DNA of 64,000 bases. Origin: an uncultured Acidimicrobiia bacterium (lineage in GTDB: Bacteria > Actinomycetota > Acidimicrobiia > Acidimicrobiales > AC-14). The stretch is taken from the NCBI GenBank assembly GCA_963836205.1, contig CAWIIV010000015.1, forward strand, positions 192,001-256,000, read 5' to 3'. The position numbers and the translations under genes were made by a program. The notes beneath the pieces were generated by a model. That model was not told where the DNA came from and did no database searches. It saw nothing but the letters and a program-made list of their open reading frames with translations. Of the stretch, positions 38,390 through 48,800 are shown piece after piece; the stretch's first letter is position 1, and each line of letters starts with the position of its first letter.

Positions 38390-39139
38390 CTAGTCCTGGG
38401 TCCCGATCCACCGGGCGGCCAGGAGGACGCCCAGCAGCCCCACCGCCCACGCCACCAGTCCCTCGCTCAGCGGGCCGAGATGGCCGAGGTCGAGGCCGCC
38501 GTCGTCACGGGGGTTGCGCAGGTAGACGACGTAGCGGACGAGGGAGTCGACCTCGTGGTCGTCGAACGTCTCGGGCCCGAAGGGGGGCATGGCCCCGGGA
38601 CCGATGCGGACGGCCTCCGCCACCTCCCGCTCCGTGGCCCGGTTGAGGGGCGGGGCGTAGACGGCGTGGCCGAGGGCCCCGCCCACCCCCGCCGAGCTGT
38701 GGCAGGAGGCGCAGTTGTCGGCGTACAGCTGGTAGCCGGACGCGAGATCGCCCCGGGAGGGGTCGACGGCGGGGATCGCCGGCCCCGGTCCCAGCGAGGC
38801 CACGTAGGCCGTGAGCAGGGCGATCTGGTCGGCCGTGAAGGCGGGCCGCTTGCGCTCGGCCTGGGCCCGGGGCCGGTCGAGGGGCATGCGGCCGGTGCTG
38901 AGGTAGAAGTCGGCCGACGCCGCGCCGACGCCTACCAGGGACGGGCCCTGCGCCGTGCCCCGCCCGTCGAGGCCGTGGCACGAGGTGCAGGAGATCTCGA
39001 ACAGCTCCCGGCCGGTATCGATCTGGTCCTGGTTGACCGCGGGGACCGTGGTCGTGGTCGTGGGGGCCGGCTGGGCCCCGGCCCCGGCGGCCATCCACAG
39101 GACCACCGTCGCCACCACGCCTCCCGCCACCCGCCTCAT
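38390..39139 (-). CDS. qcrC: Diheme cytochrome c subunit of cytochrome bcc
   Basis: Two CxxCH motifs (CTSCH, CASCH), TGRMP, GPGAMP, GPLSEGL; ATGA overlap with ctaE. Confidence 0.95.
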   Translation of the reverse strand: MRRVAGGVVATVVLWMAAGAGAQPAPTTTTTVPAVNQDQIDTGRELFEISCTSCHGLDGRGTAQGPSLVGVGAASADFYLSTGRMPLDRPRAQAERKRPAFTADQIALLTAYVASLGPGPAIPAVDPSRGDLASGYQLYADNCASCHSSAGVGGALGHAVYAPPLNRATEREVAEAVRIGPGAMPPFGPETFDDHEVDSLVRYVVYLRNPRDDGGLDLGHLGPLSEGLVAWAVGLLGVLLAARWIGTQD

Positions 39140-39693
39140 CCGAGCAGGAAGAGGGTGGCCCACAGCGCCACCCACACCACGTCGACGAAGTGCCAGTAGT
39201 AGGACACGACCTCCACCGCCGGCGTCTCCGCGGGACCAAAGCCGGGCCACGACGCCCGCCCCACCAGCACCGCCATGGCCAGCATGCCGCCGGCGACGTG
39301 GAGGCCGTGGAAACCCGTCATGACGTAGAACGCCGACCCGTAGGGGTGGGAGCTGATGGAGAAGTCCAGCGTGAGCCACTCGTGGGCCTGGTTGGCCAGG
39401 AAGGCGCACGCCAGCACCACCGTAACCACCAGCCAACGCCGGAACGCGGATCGGCGTCCCCTGGCCAGGGCCCGCACCGCCAGCTGCACCGTCCCGCTGG
39501 AAGCCACCAGGAGGCCCGTGAACAGGCCGCTGACGACCCGGTCGAGCTCGACGTCCGGTGGCGGCCAGGGGCCGGCGGTGGCCGCTCGGAGGGCGAAGTA
39601 GGCGCCGAACAGCCCGCTGAAGAACATGAGCTCGGACGCCAGCCACACGACCGTTCCCACCGGCAGCAGGGGGGCCCGGGCCGTGGCAGCCAC
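39136..39693 (-). CDS. ctaE: Cytochrome c oxidase subunit III
   Basis: WLASELMFF, TGFHGLHV, YYWHFVDVVW. Confidence 0.97.
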   Translation of the reverse strand: MAATARAPLLPVGTVVWLASELMFFSGLFGAYFALRAATAGPWPPPDVELDRVVSGLFTGLLVASSGTVQLAVRALARGRRSAFRRWLVVTVVLACAFLANQAHEWLTLDFSISSHPYGSAFYVMTGFHGLHVAGGMLAMAVLVGRASWPGFGPAETPAVEVVSYYWHFVDVVWVALWATLFLLG

Positions 39694-39734
39694 CGCCTGT
39701 TTCTAGCAGCCCACCCCCGGGCGCGCCGCAACCG

Positions 39735-40013
39735 TCAGCGGACCCGGAACCGGGTCTCCCCCACCGGTGCCTCCGGGGCCACGTCGACACCGGTCACCCG
39801 GGCGTGGGGCGGGCCGGCGCGGCACCATGCGACCATCCGCTCGACGGCCGCCCGGTCGCCCTCGAACCACGCCTCCACCCGCCCGTCGGCCCGGTTGCGC
39901 ACCCAACCTCCGACCCCCTCGGCGGCCGCCATCCGCCGGCAGGCGTCCCGGAAGAACACCCCCTGCACCATCCCGTCCACCACCACCCGGCGGGCGACGG
40001 CCTCCCCGTTCAC
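39735..40013 (-). CDS. acyP: Acylphosphatase
   Basis: GMVQGVFFR and GWVRNRADGRVE signature. Confidence 0.93.
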   Translation of the reverse strand: MNGEAVARRVVVDGMVQGVFFRDACRRMAAAEGVGGWVRNRADGRVEAWFEGDRAAVERMVAWCRAGPPHARVTGVDVAPEAPVGETRFRVR

Positions 40014-40290
40014 CGCCGGTCCCGCCGGCGATGGCCGGTTCGCCTGCTCCTGAGGGGCGGGCGGCGGCACCGCGGCCGGGCCACGACCTCGGCCTTCACC
40101 GCCGGTCCTGCCAGGCGATCGCCGGTTGGCGGCCTGCTCCCGAGGAGCGGGCGGCGGCACCTCGGCCGGGCCACAGCCTGGGCCTTCACCGCCAGTCCCG
40201 CGGGCGGTGACCAGTCGCCGGCTTGCTCCCGACGGGCGAGCGACGATACCGGGCGCCGGCCGGGCCTTCACGACCGGTCCTGCCGACGCC
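40009..40290. repeat. Degenerate intergenic tandem repeat, 82-90-bp unit, about 3.3 copies
   Basis: ttcac(c/g)(g/a)cc(g/a)gtcc starts at 40009, 40095, 40185 and 40267; cctgctcc.gagg.gcgggcggcggcacc.cggccgggccac is shared by the first two copies. Confidence 0.8.
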
Positions 40291-40330
40291 GGCGGTGGGC
40301 CCGGCCGTGCAACGCCGGGCCACCCTGCCC

Positions 40331-40762
40331 TCAGGCGTCGGTGCCGTCCCAGGCGGGGTCGAGCTGGCCGATGAACTGCCGGCAGCGTTCGGCCTCGTCG
40401 GTCTCGCCGATGGCCTCGGCCATGCGCCGGAGGCCGTCGAGAGCCCGCAGGAAGCCCCGGTTGCCCTCCTGGCGCCAGCGCACGTAGCCCGAGCCCCGCC
40501 ACCCGGACTGGCGCAGGCGGTCGAGGCCCCGGTGGTAGCCGACGCGGAACGCGGCGTAGGACTCGACGTCGTCCCGGCCGAGCTGGCCGAGGCGGGCCCA
40601 GCCGTCGAGAAAGCGGGGCCAGCGGGCGACCACTGCCGCCACCGCCTGCCGTCGCTCGCCGATCGGCTGCTCGAGGGCGGCGGCCAGGGCGGCCCGCGCT
40701 TCGGGGTCCTCAGGGGGCAGGACGGTCTCCGGCAACCCGCCGGAGAAGGTGACGTCAGCCAT
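40331..40762 (-). CDS. DUF3151 family protein
   Basis: RVGYHRGLDRLRQSGWRGSGYVRW..EGNRGFLRAL; extra in-frame ATGs at 40777 and 40792 created by the repeat. Confidence 0.88.
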   Translation of the reverse strand: MADVTFSGGLPETVLPPEDPEARAALAAALEQPIGERRQAVAAVVARWPRFLDGWARLGQLGRDDVESYAAFRVGYHRGLDRLRQSGWRGSGYVRWRQEGNRGFLRALDGLRRMAEAIGETDEAERCRQFIGQLDPAWDGTDA

Positions 40763-41939
40763 CAGATCCGGAGCCATCAGATCCGGAGCCATCAGAATCG
40801 GCCATCAGGTACCACGGGAACGAGGACATGGCCTCCCATTGTTCGTCGTCGATCGACTGCCACACCCAGAAGGAGGCGCCGATGGCCCCGTCCCGTGCCG
40901 CGACGTCGAGGAACCGTACCGTCTCCCCGGCCGACGGTGCGCCGGGCCGCCCGCCGTCGACGCCGGCGTCGTAGCCCTGGCCGATCACGTGGACGGGCCG
41001 CAGGCGCGACAGCCGGTCGACCGCCTCGGCGGTGGCCGCCCCCGGCTCGGCGCAGCCCCAGTAGACCATGGGGGCGAAGGCGTCGACGTACTCGGCGATG
41101 GCCGTGTACGGGTAGCTACCGGTCCACAGCCGGTCGGTGGGCCGGTAGACGGTGGCCACCAGCAGGCGCTCGCCGGCCGCCTCCCGCACCCGGCCCAGGT
41201 AGACCCGGGCTCGCCGCTCGGTGAGCACCACGCCCTCGGGGGCGAGCTCGAGGTCGGGGCTGAAACCGTCAAGGGCCACCCCGCCCGGGCCCCGCCAGGC
41301 CAGGGCCTCCGCGCTCCAGCGGGCGTCGTCGACGGGGTCGTGCAGGAAGGGAAAGCCCCACCCCACCACCGCCAGCCCCGCCCGGTGGGCCACGGGGACG
41401 AGGGCGGCGAGGACGTCGGCCCCGTAGAACCCGCTGCGGGAATCCCCCACCCGCACCCACAGCTGGCGCAGGCCGGCCTCCTGGGCCCGGCGCACGATCG
41501 CCGCCGGGTCACCGCCCTCGGTCTCGCCGAACCGCCACACCCACATGCCCTTGCCCTCCACCGGCCCCAGGTCGGCGGAGACGTTGGCGGGGGCCGGTAG
41601 CGGCTCGGGCAGGTCGGCCTCGGGCACGAGCACCGGCGGGCGCCAGGGGGGCGGTGCCTCCCCCGGGGGGCGGGCCGGTACCGGGCAGCCGGGGAGGGGC
41701 AGGGACAGGGCGGCGGTGGGCGCAGGACGGGCCGTCGCGGGAGCCACCAGGCCCGCCGCCGGGGTCGGACCCACGGGCGTGGTCACGGGTGGGTCGACGA
41801 CGGCCCGGCCCACGGCCACCGGCCGGGGGGCGTCGTAGGCCGCGGCCATCGTGCCGACGAGGGTCAGCACGGCGAGGATCGCAAGGGCGACCACGACTGT
41901 GGGGGCACGGCGGGGGCGAGTTGAGGAACGGCGCCCCAC
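40755..41939 (-). CDS. Secreted or membrane-anchored protein with a Pro-rich linker and putative glycoside-hydrolase-like TIM barrel
   Basis: Basic N-terminus plus hydrophobic helix; GKGMWVW, LWVRVGD, FSPDLE, FAPMVYWG, GASFWVWQ. Confidence 0.7.
   Translation of the reverse strand: MGRRSSTRPRRAPTVVVALAILAVLTLVGTMAAAYDAPRPVAVGRAVVDPPVTTPVGPTPAAGLVAPATARPAPTAALSLPLPGCPVPARPPGEAPPPWRPPVLVPEADLPEPLPAPANVSADLGPVEGKGMWVWRFGETEGGDPAAIVRRAQEAGLRQLWVRVGDSRSGFYGADVLAALVPVAHRAGLAVVGWGFPFLHDPVDDARWSAEALAWRGPGGVALDGFSPDLELAPEGVVLTERRARVYLGRVREAAGERLLVATVYRPTDRLWTGSYPYTAIAEYVDAFAPMVYWGCAEPGAATAEAVDRLSRLRPVHVIGQGYDAGVDGGRPGAPSAGETVRFLDVAARDGAIGASFWVWQSIDDEQWEAMSSFPWYLMADSDGSGSDGSGSDG
40758..40808. repeat. 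15-bp tandem repeat at a gene junction
   Basis: gccatcag at 40758, 40773, 40788 and 40801; unit gccatcagatccgga. Confidence 0.85.
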
Positions 41940-41943
41940 GGGG

Positions 41944-42171
41944 TCAGGCGAGGGCGTCCGCCGTTCGGTCGCCGAGGGGGATGCCGGCCCGGCTGAGGAA
42001 GGCCAGCCGCCGTTCGATGGTGTGGGCCCAAGTGGACAGGTCGGCGAGGAAGTGTTCGCGGTCGCCGTCCTCGTAGGCGTGTTCGAGCTCGTCGAACGCG
42101 GTGTCCTCGGCATCGAGGAGCACCCGGTACCGGGTCAGGAATCCCTCGTTGACCACCTCTTCGAGCGCCAC
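41944..42171 (-). CDS. Small acidic helical hypothetical protein
   Basis: GGAGG then GTG; MALEEVVNEGFLTRYRVLLDAEDTAFDELEHAYEDGDR...; alternative start at 42192. Confidence 0.65.
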   Translation of the reverse strand: MALEEVVNEGFLTRYRVLLDAEDTAFDELEHAYEDGDREHFLADLSTWAHTIERRLAFLSRAGIPLGDRTADALA

Positions 42172-42347
42172 GGGCACCACCTCCAGGTTCACGACGGGCC
42201 GCCGGGTTCGACCGTAGCGCGCGGGGCGGGAGATGAGAACCCAATGCCGGTTCGGCCGGGCGGGGGCGCGCGACCGGGTGCGGGCGCGAATCGGCTCGCC
42301 GGCCCCTGAGGCACCGGCGAGCCAGGATTCGTAGGTTCGAAGGGCCG

Positions 42348-42797
42348 CTAGGTGGTCTGGCGGCGGATGATGTGGGTGAGGCTGACCAGGGCGAGGCCGG
42401 CGAAGAAGGCGACGAGCGCCATCTGCACCATCGAGGCGCTGGAGGAGCCGGTGAGGGCCAGGCCGCCGTCGTGGACAGCCTTGGCCGGGCCCGCCTTGTG
42501 GCCGTCGCGATCGCCCTTGCAGTCGGATCCGGAGGCAGTCGACCACTCGGTGGCGGTGGAGCAACCGGAGGCAACCGAGCCGCCGATGGCAACGGCGTCG
42601 CCCGAGGCGGTCGAGTTGTCAATGGCAACGGCAGTGCCCGAGGCCACCGAACCGTTCGACGCGAAAGCCTCGCCTGAGCTCATCCCGTCGTGGTGACCGT
42701 CGTCGGCCGCAGCCGGACCCGCGAGGAAGGCCACCATGCCAACCAAGCCAGCCACAACCGCCAGCAGCGACATCGTCGCACGTCTCTTCGTGGTCAT
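42348..42797 (-). CDS. Small sortase-anchored protein: signal peptide + 12-residue-repeat S(V/T)ASG module + LALTG-TM-RR
   Basis: AAGGAG Shine-Dalgarno; signal ends GPAAA; ...GSVASGCSTATEWSTASGSDC; GGLALTG followed by a hydrophobic helix and IIRRQTT. Confidence 0.85.
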   Translation of the reverse strand: MTTKRRATMSLLAVVAGLVGMVAFLAGPAAADDGHHDGMSSGEAFASNGSVASGTAVAIDNSTASGDAVAIGGSVASGCSTATEWSTASGSDCKGDRDGHKAGPAKAVHDGGLALTGSSSASMVQMALVAFFAGLALVSLTHIIRRQTT

Positions 42798-42865
42798 CGT
42801 CTCCTTCTTCCGCTCTGGGAACTGTCTCTACTGTCGTGCAGTCGGCGTGTGCCGCCTGCGAGTGG

Positions 42866-45800
42866 TCAGGACTCTTCGTTCTCTACCCGACGCCGGCCGA
42901 TGCGACCAAGTGCCAGCAGGAGGCCGCCGAGACCGCTGCTCGCACCAGCTGCAACCACCATCGTCCCGGCGTCGATACCGGTGCGGGCCAGCGTAGCCGC
43001 ACCGCCGTCACCGGCGTGGCCTGCCTTGTCGTCGTCGTGGTCCCGGCCGTGCTTGGAGGGTGCGCAGTCGGCGCCCGAGGCGGTGGAGGTGTCCACCGCG
43101 GTGGAGCACCCGGAGGCGACCGAGCCGTCGCTGGCCAGGGCGTTGCCGGATGCGGTGGAATTCAGGTCGGCCGTCGACCAGCCCGAGGCCACCGACTCGT
43201 TGGTGGCGTGGGCGTCGCCCGAGGCCACCGACGTCTCGTCGGAGACGGCACCGCCGGAGGCGGTGTAGGAGGTCGGCCAGGCCAGGGCGGCGTCCTTCTC
43301 CCCGTGCTCGCCGTGGCCGCGCCCGGCCCGGTCGCGGTGGCCGCCGCCGCCGTGGCCCTCGCCGGCGGCCGGGGCCGGGGCCTCGGCCGGGGCCGCCGCC
43401 GCTGCCCCCCGCCGCCCCCGGCGCCGCTGCCGGTGCCGGTGCCGGCGGGGGCGGTGCTGGCGGCCATGGTGTCCGAGCCCGTGCCGGCGGTGCCGGTGGA
43501 GCCCGACGAGGGCGAGGAGCCCGAGCCCGACACCGGGTTGGTCTCCGCCACCGAGGTGCTGTCGCCGGTGTCGCCGGTGTTGGTGGCGCTGGACTGGCCC
43601 ACCGCCTGGCCGGTGTCGCCGGAGGTGGCCACCGGGGTGGCGGTGACCGAACCGGCCCCGCCCGAGCCGGCGTTGGCGGCCGAGGTGCCCACCGCCGCCC
43701 CGCCCACGGCGAGGCCGGGCAGCAGGGCGATGTTGAGGGCGGGCCCGCCGGCGCCGGCCAGGCCCACCGCCCCGCCGGCGTCGCCGCCGGTGCCGCCGAG
43801 CACGGCGATGGCCGACACGTTGGCCACCTCCCCGGTGACACCGGACAGGCCGTCGGCCACCGAGTGGGCGCCGGAGTTGGCCACGCTGTCGGCGCTGGCG
43901 TCGGCATCGGCGGTGCCGGTGTCGCCGGTGTCGCCGGAGTCGCCAGTGGTGGCGTTGCCGGAGACGGTCAGCGTCGTGCCCAGCCCGGCGATGCCGGTGG
44001 CGACCAGGGTGGGGCCGGTGGTGGCGTCGCCGGTGTTGCCGGTGGGCCCGGAGGGGCCCGAGGTGGCCATCGGCGAGGAGGTGGCGGAGGAGGTGGCGTC
44101 GCCGGTGTCGCCGGTGTTGGTGGCGCTGGAGCGGGCGGCCACGTCGCCCGAGGCGCCGCTGGTGGCCGTCGGCGTCACCGTGGCCTCGGAGCTGCCGCCG
44201 TCGCCCCCGTCGGCCTCGGCGGTGGCCACCGACGAGCCCCCGGTTGCGGCGACGATGCCGTCGACGGTGGCGGCGATGATCACGTTCAGGGCCGGCCCGC
44301 CGTCGCCGCCGAGGGCGAGAGCCACCCCGCCGTCGCCCCCGTCGCCGGCGGTGCTGCCCACCGCGGCCAGGTTGAGGGCGGCGCCGGTGTCGCCGGAGAG
44401 GCCGTTGGCCTCCGACTTGGCCCCCGAGTTGGCGGTGCTGTCGGCGGTGGCGGTGACGTCGGCGTCGCCGGTGTCGCCGGAGTCGCCCGAGTCACCGGAG
44501 TCGGCGTTGCCGGAGATGGCGATGGCCGCCCCCAGCAGGGCCGGGTTGGTGGCGCTGGTGACCGAGGCGGCCGCTCCGGTGGCCCCGGTGCCGCCGGAGG
44601 AGCCGGTGGCGATGATGGGGCTGGCCACCGCCACCGAGGTGGCGTCGCCGGTGTCGCCGGTGTTGGTGGAGCTGGACTGGGCGTTGACCGCACCCGAGGC
44701 CCCCGAGGTGGCGGTGGGGGTGACGGTTGCCGCCGAGGCCCCGCCGGCACCGCCGTTAGCGGCGGCGGTGGACACCGAGGAGCCGCCGGTGGCGAGGACC
44801 GATCCGTCGACGTCGACCAGCACGAGCACGTTGGCCGCGCCCCCCGACAGATCGACGGCGGCCACGTTGATGTCGAGCGCGGCGGCCACGCCGCCCCCGC
44901 CGCCGTCGCCGGCGTCGGCTGCGGCCACCACTAGGTTGGCCGCGTCGCCGGTGAGGCCGGAGGTGGCGTCGGTGGTGGCCAGCGCCCCCGAGTTGGCGGT
45001 GCTGGAGGCGAAGGCGTCGCCGCCGGCGGCGCCGGTGTCGCCCGAGTCGCCGGAGTCGCCCGAGGTGGCGCTGCCGCCCACGGCCAGGGCCGTGCCCAGG
45101 ATGGCGGTGTTGGCCGCGGTGGCGTTGACGGTGGCCGCCCCGGTGGCCCCGGTGGCGCCGGAGTTGCCGGACACGGCGATGGGGCTGGCCGTGGCCGAGG
45201 ACCAGGCGTCGCCGGTGTCGCCCGAGTTGGTGGCGCTGGACTGCGAGGTGCTGGCGCCGGACGCACCGCTGGTGGCGGTGGGGGTGGCGGTGACGGTGGC
45301 GTCGCCGCCGGAGCCGCCGTCGGCATCGGCGGTGGACACCGAGGAGCCACCGGCGGCCAGGACGGAGCCGTCGACGGTGCTCAGCAGCAGGCCGTTGCCG
45401 GCCCCGCCGCTGAGGTCGATGGCGGAGATGTCGACGTTGGCCGAGATGGCCGCCCCGCCGTTGCCGCCCTCGCCACCGTCGGCCGCGACGACGGCCGTGT
45501 TGACAGCCAGGCCGGTGGGAGCGCTGACCGACACGGAGTCGGCCTCGGCGCCCGAGTTGGCGGCGCCCACAGCGGTGCCGCTGACGTTGACGTCGCCGGT
45601 GTCGCCGGAGTCGCCGAACTCCAAGTCGCCGCTGTTGCCGGAGCTGGCGTTGCCGCCGACGGCAAGAGCCGTGCCGAGCACCGCCGGCGAGTTGACCGCG
45701 GTGGCGCTGGTGGAGGCCTCGCCGGTGTCGCCGGTGTCGCCCGAGTCGCCACTGCGGGCGACGGGGCTCGACTCGGCCACCGTGGTGGCGCTGCCGGTGT

Positions 45801-48800
45801 TGCCCGAGTTGGTGGAGCTGGCCTGGGCGGTGGCCGCCCCCGACGCCCCCGAGACGGCGTTGGGGCTGGCAGTGACGGTGGCGTCGCCGCCGGCACCGCC
45901 GCCGGCCTGGGACGTGGCCACCTCGCTGCCGCCGAGGGCGATCACCGAGCCGCCGACGGTGGCGCCGGCGACGAGGTTGACCGCAGCCCCGGAGAGGTCG
46001 ATGGCGGAGATGTCGACGTTGCCGGCCGCGGCCAGCCCGCCGCTGCCACCCTCGCCGCCGTCGGCGAAGAGGAAGGTGGCGTTGCCGGCGAGGCCGGTCT
46101 CGCCCGAGCGGGCGTCGGAGAGGCTGAGGGCGCCGGAGTTGGACAGCGCCAGTGCGTTGCCCGAGGCCGAGGCGCCGCCCGTGTCACCGGTGTCGCCCGA
46201 GTCGCCCGAGTCGGCGCCGCCGCCGGCCGCCACTGCGGTGCCGAGGAGGGCCGAGTTGGTGGCGGCGGCGTCGGACTTGGCCGATCCCGAGGTGCCGGAG
46301 TCGCCCGAGTTGCCGGAGGACGCGACCGGGCTGGAGATGCCGGTGGAGTTGGCGTTGCCGGTGTTGCCGCTGTTGGTGGCGCTGGCCTGGGCGGTGGATG
46401 CCCCGCTGGCCCCCGAAGTGGCGTTGGGGCTGGTGGTGGCGATGGTCGCGTCGCCGCCGGCACCGCCGTCGGCGGATGCGGTGGCCACCGTGCTACCACC
46501 GGCAGCGGTGATGGAGCCGCCGACAGTCGCCCCGACGACCACGTTGGCGGCGGCGCCGCCGAGGTCGATGGCGGCGATGTCGACGTTGGCCGCGATGGCC
46601 GCTCCGCCGCCGCCGCCCTCGCCGCCGTCGGAGTCGGCGCCGACGAGGTTGAAGGCGGAGCCGGTGTTGCCGGAGAGCGACGTGGCGGCCGCGCTGGCGC
46701 CCGTGGTGGCGCCGGAGAAGAGGAACGGGGTGGTGGCCGACGCGTTGCCGGTGTTGCCCGTGGAGCCGGTGTTGCCCGAGCTGGCGGGACCACCGATGGT
46801 GAGGGCGGTGCCGATGGCGGCCGAGTTGGTGGCGGTGGCGCCGGACTCGGCGTCGCCGGTGTCGCCCGAGGTGCCGGAGTCGCCGGTGGCGGCGACGGGG
46901 GAGGCCGTGGCCGCCGCGGTGGCGTCACCGGTGTCGCCCGAGTTGGTGGCGCTGGCCTGCATGGTGGCCGCCCCGCTGTCGCCGCTGGTGGCGGTGGGAC
47001 CGGTGGTGATGCTGGAGTCGCCGCCCGCACCCCCGTCGGCCTCGGCGGTGGACACCGTGCTGCCGCCGGCGGCAGAGATCGATCCGCCCACGAGGGCGCC
47101 GACGACCACGTTGGCGGCGGCGCCGGAGGCGTTGATGGCGGCGATGTCGAGGTTGAGGGCGACGGCCAGGCCGGCGTCGCCGCCGTCGCCGCCGTCGGAC
47201 TCGAGGACGACGCCGTTGAAGGCGGCGCCGGTGTTGCCGGAGGTCGACATGCCGGTGACGATGACGCCACTGCTGGAGGTGGCGACTGCGACCCCGACGC
47301 CGATGGCGTCGCCGGTGTCGCCGCTGTCGCCGGAGCCGCCGCTGGTGGCCGGCGCCCCGACTGCGAGGGCCGTCCCGCCGATGGCGGAGTTGAGGGCGGA
47401 GGCGTTGGTGCTGGCGGCACCGGTGGCGCCGGTGTTGCCGGAGTTGCCGCTCACCGCCACCGGGCTGGCCACCGCGGTGGAGGAGGCGTCGCCCGTGTCG
47501 CCGCTGTTGGTGGCGCTGGTCTGGGCGGTGGAGGCCCCGCTGGCGCCGCTGGTGGCGGTGGGGCTGGCCGTGATGGTGGCGTTGCCGCCGTTGCCGCCGT
47601 TGGCCGCCGCCGTGCCCACCGAGCTGCCGCCGGCGGCGGTGATCGAGCCGGGGACGACGGAGGCGACGACGACGTTGACCGCGGCGCCGCCGTCGCCGGC
47701 TGCGCTGATGGCGATGCCGCCGGCCCCGCCCACGCCGCCGTCGGCCTCGGCCAGGACGATGTTGGACGCGTCGCCGGTGGTGCCGGACAGGGAGGTCCCG
47801 ACCGCCTCGGCGCCGGTGTTGGCCGCACTGATGGCGGTGCCGATGCCGACTGCTACGCCCGTGCCGCCCGAGTTGCCGGACTGACCGGTGGCGGCCGGGC
47901 CGCCGACGGCGACGGCCGTGCCCAGGGTGGAGGGTGAGTTGACGGCGCTGGGCTCGGAGACGGCGTCGCCGGTGTCGCCGGTGTCGCCCGAGTCGCCCGA
48001 GCGGGCGCTGGAGGCGGCGGTGGCGGAGGAGGTGGCGTTGCCGGTGTTGCCCGAGTTGGTGGCGCTGGTGCGGGCGTCGGCGTCGCCGCTGGCGCCGCTG
48101 GTGGCCGTGGGGGAAACGGTGATGTCGGCGTCGCCGCCATCGCCGCCGCTGTTGGTGGCGGTGGCCACGCTGGCGCCGCCGGTGGCGGCGATGGTGCCGC
48201 CGAGGCCGCCGGTGACCACGTTGATGGCCACGCCGCCGTCGCCGGAGACGGCCACGGCCAGCGGGCCGCCGTCGAGGCCGGGGCCGGCAGTGGCGTTGGC
48301 CGCCACCAGGTTGCTGGCGGCGCCGGTGTTGCCGGAGGTGGCGACGGCGTCGGTGTCGGCGCCGCTGTTGGCGATGGACTCGGCGTCGCTGACGGCCTGG
48401 GCCGTGCCGGTGCTGCCCGAGCTGCCCGAGCTGCCGCTGGTGGCGGGGCCGCCCACGGCGGCGGCGAGGCCCACGATGGCGGAGTTGACGGCGGTGGGGC
48501 TGGAGACGGCGTCGCCGGTGTCGCCGGTGGTGCCGGAGTCGCCCGAGGTGGCGGAGCTGGAGTCATAGGCGGTGGACAGGGCATCGCCGGTGTCGCCGGT
48601 GTTGGTGGCGCTGGACTGGGCGGTGGCGTCCCCGGAGGCGCCGGTGGTGGCCTGGGGGCTGGCCACCAGGGTGGCGTTGCCGCCGTCGTCGCCGTCGTCG
48701 TCGCCGGTGGCCACGCTGGCCCCGCCGGTGGCGAAGGAGGCGATGCCGGTGCCCACGCCGGTGAGGACGTTGATGGCGTCGCCGCCGTCGCCGGAGATGG

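Noticed and set aside
33086-39693. Convergent ctaCDF / ctaE-qcrCAB arrangement as a novelty
   Set aside because: Standard actinobacterial bcc-aa3 supercomplex gene set with canonical motifs; clustering of these genes is common.
40009-40290. Intergenic repeat as a possible CRISPR array
   Set aside because: Whole units are homologous and degenerate; there is no repeat-spacer structure.
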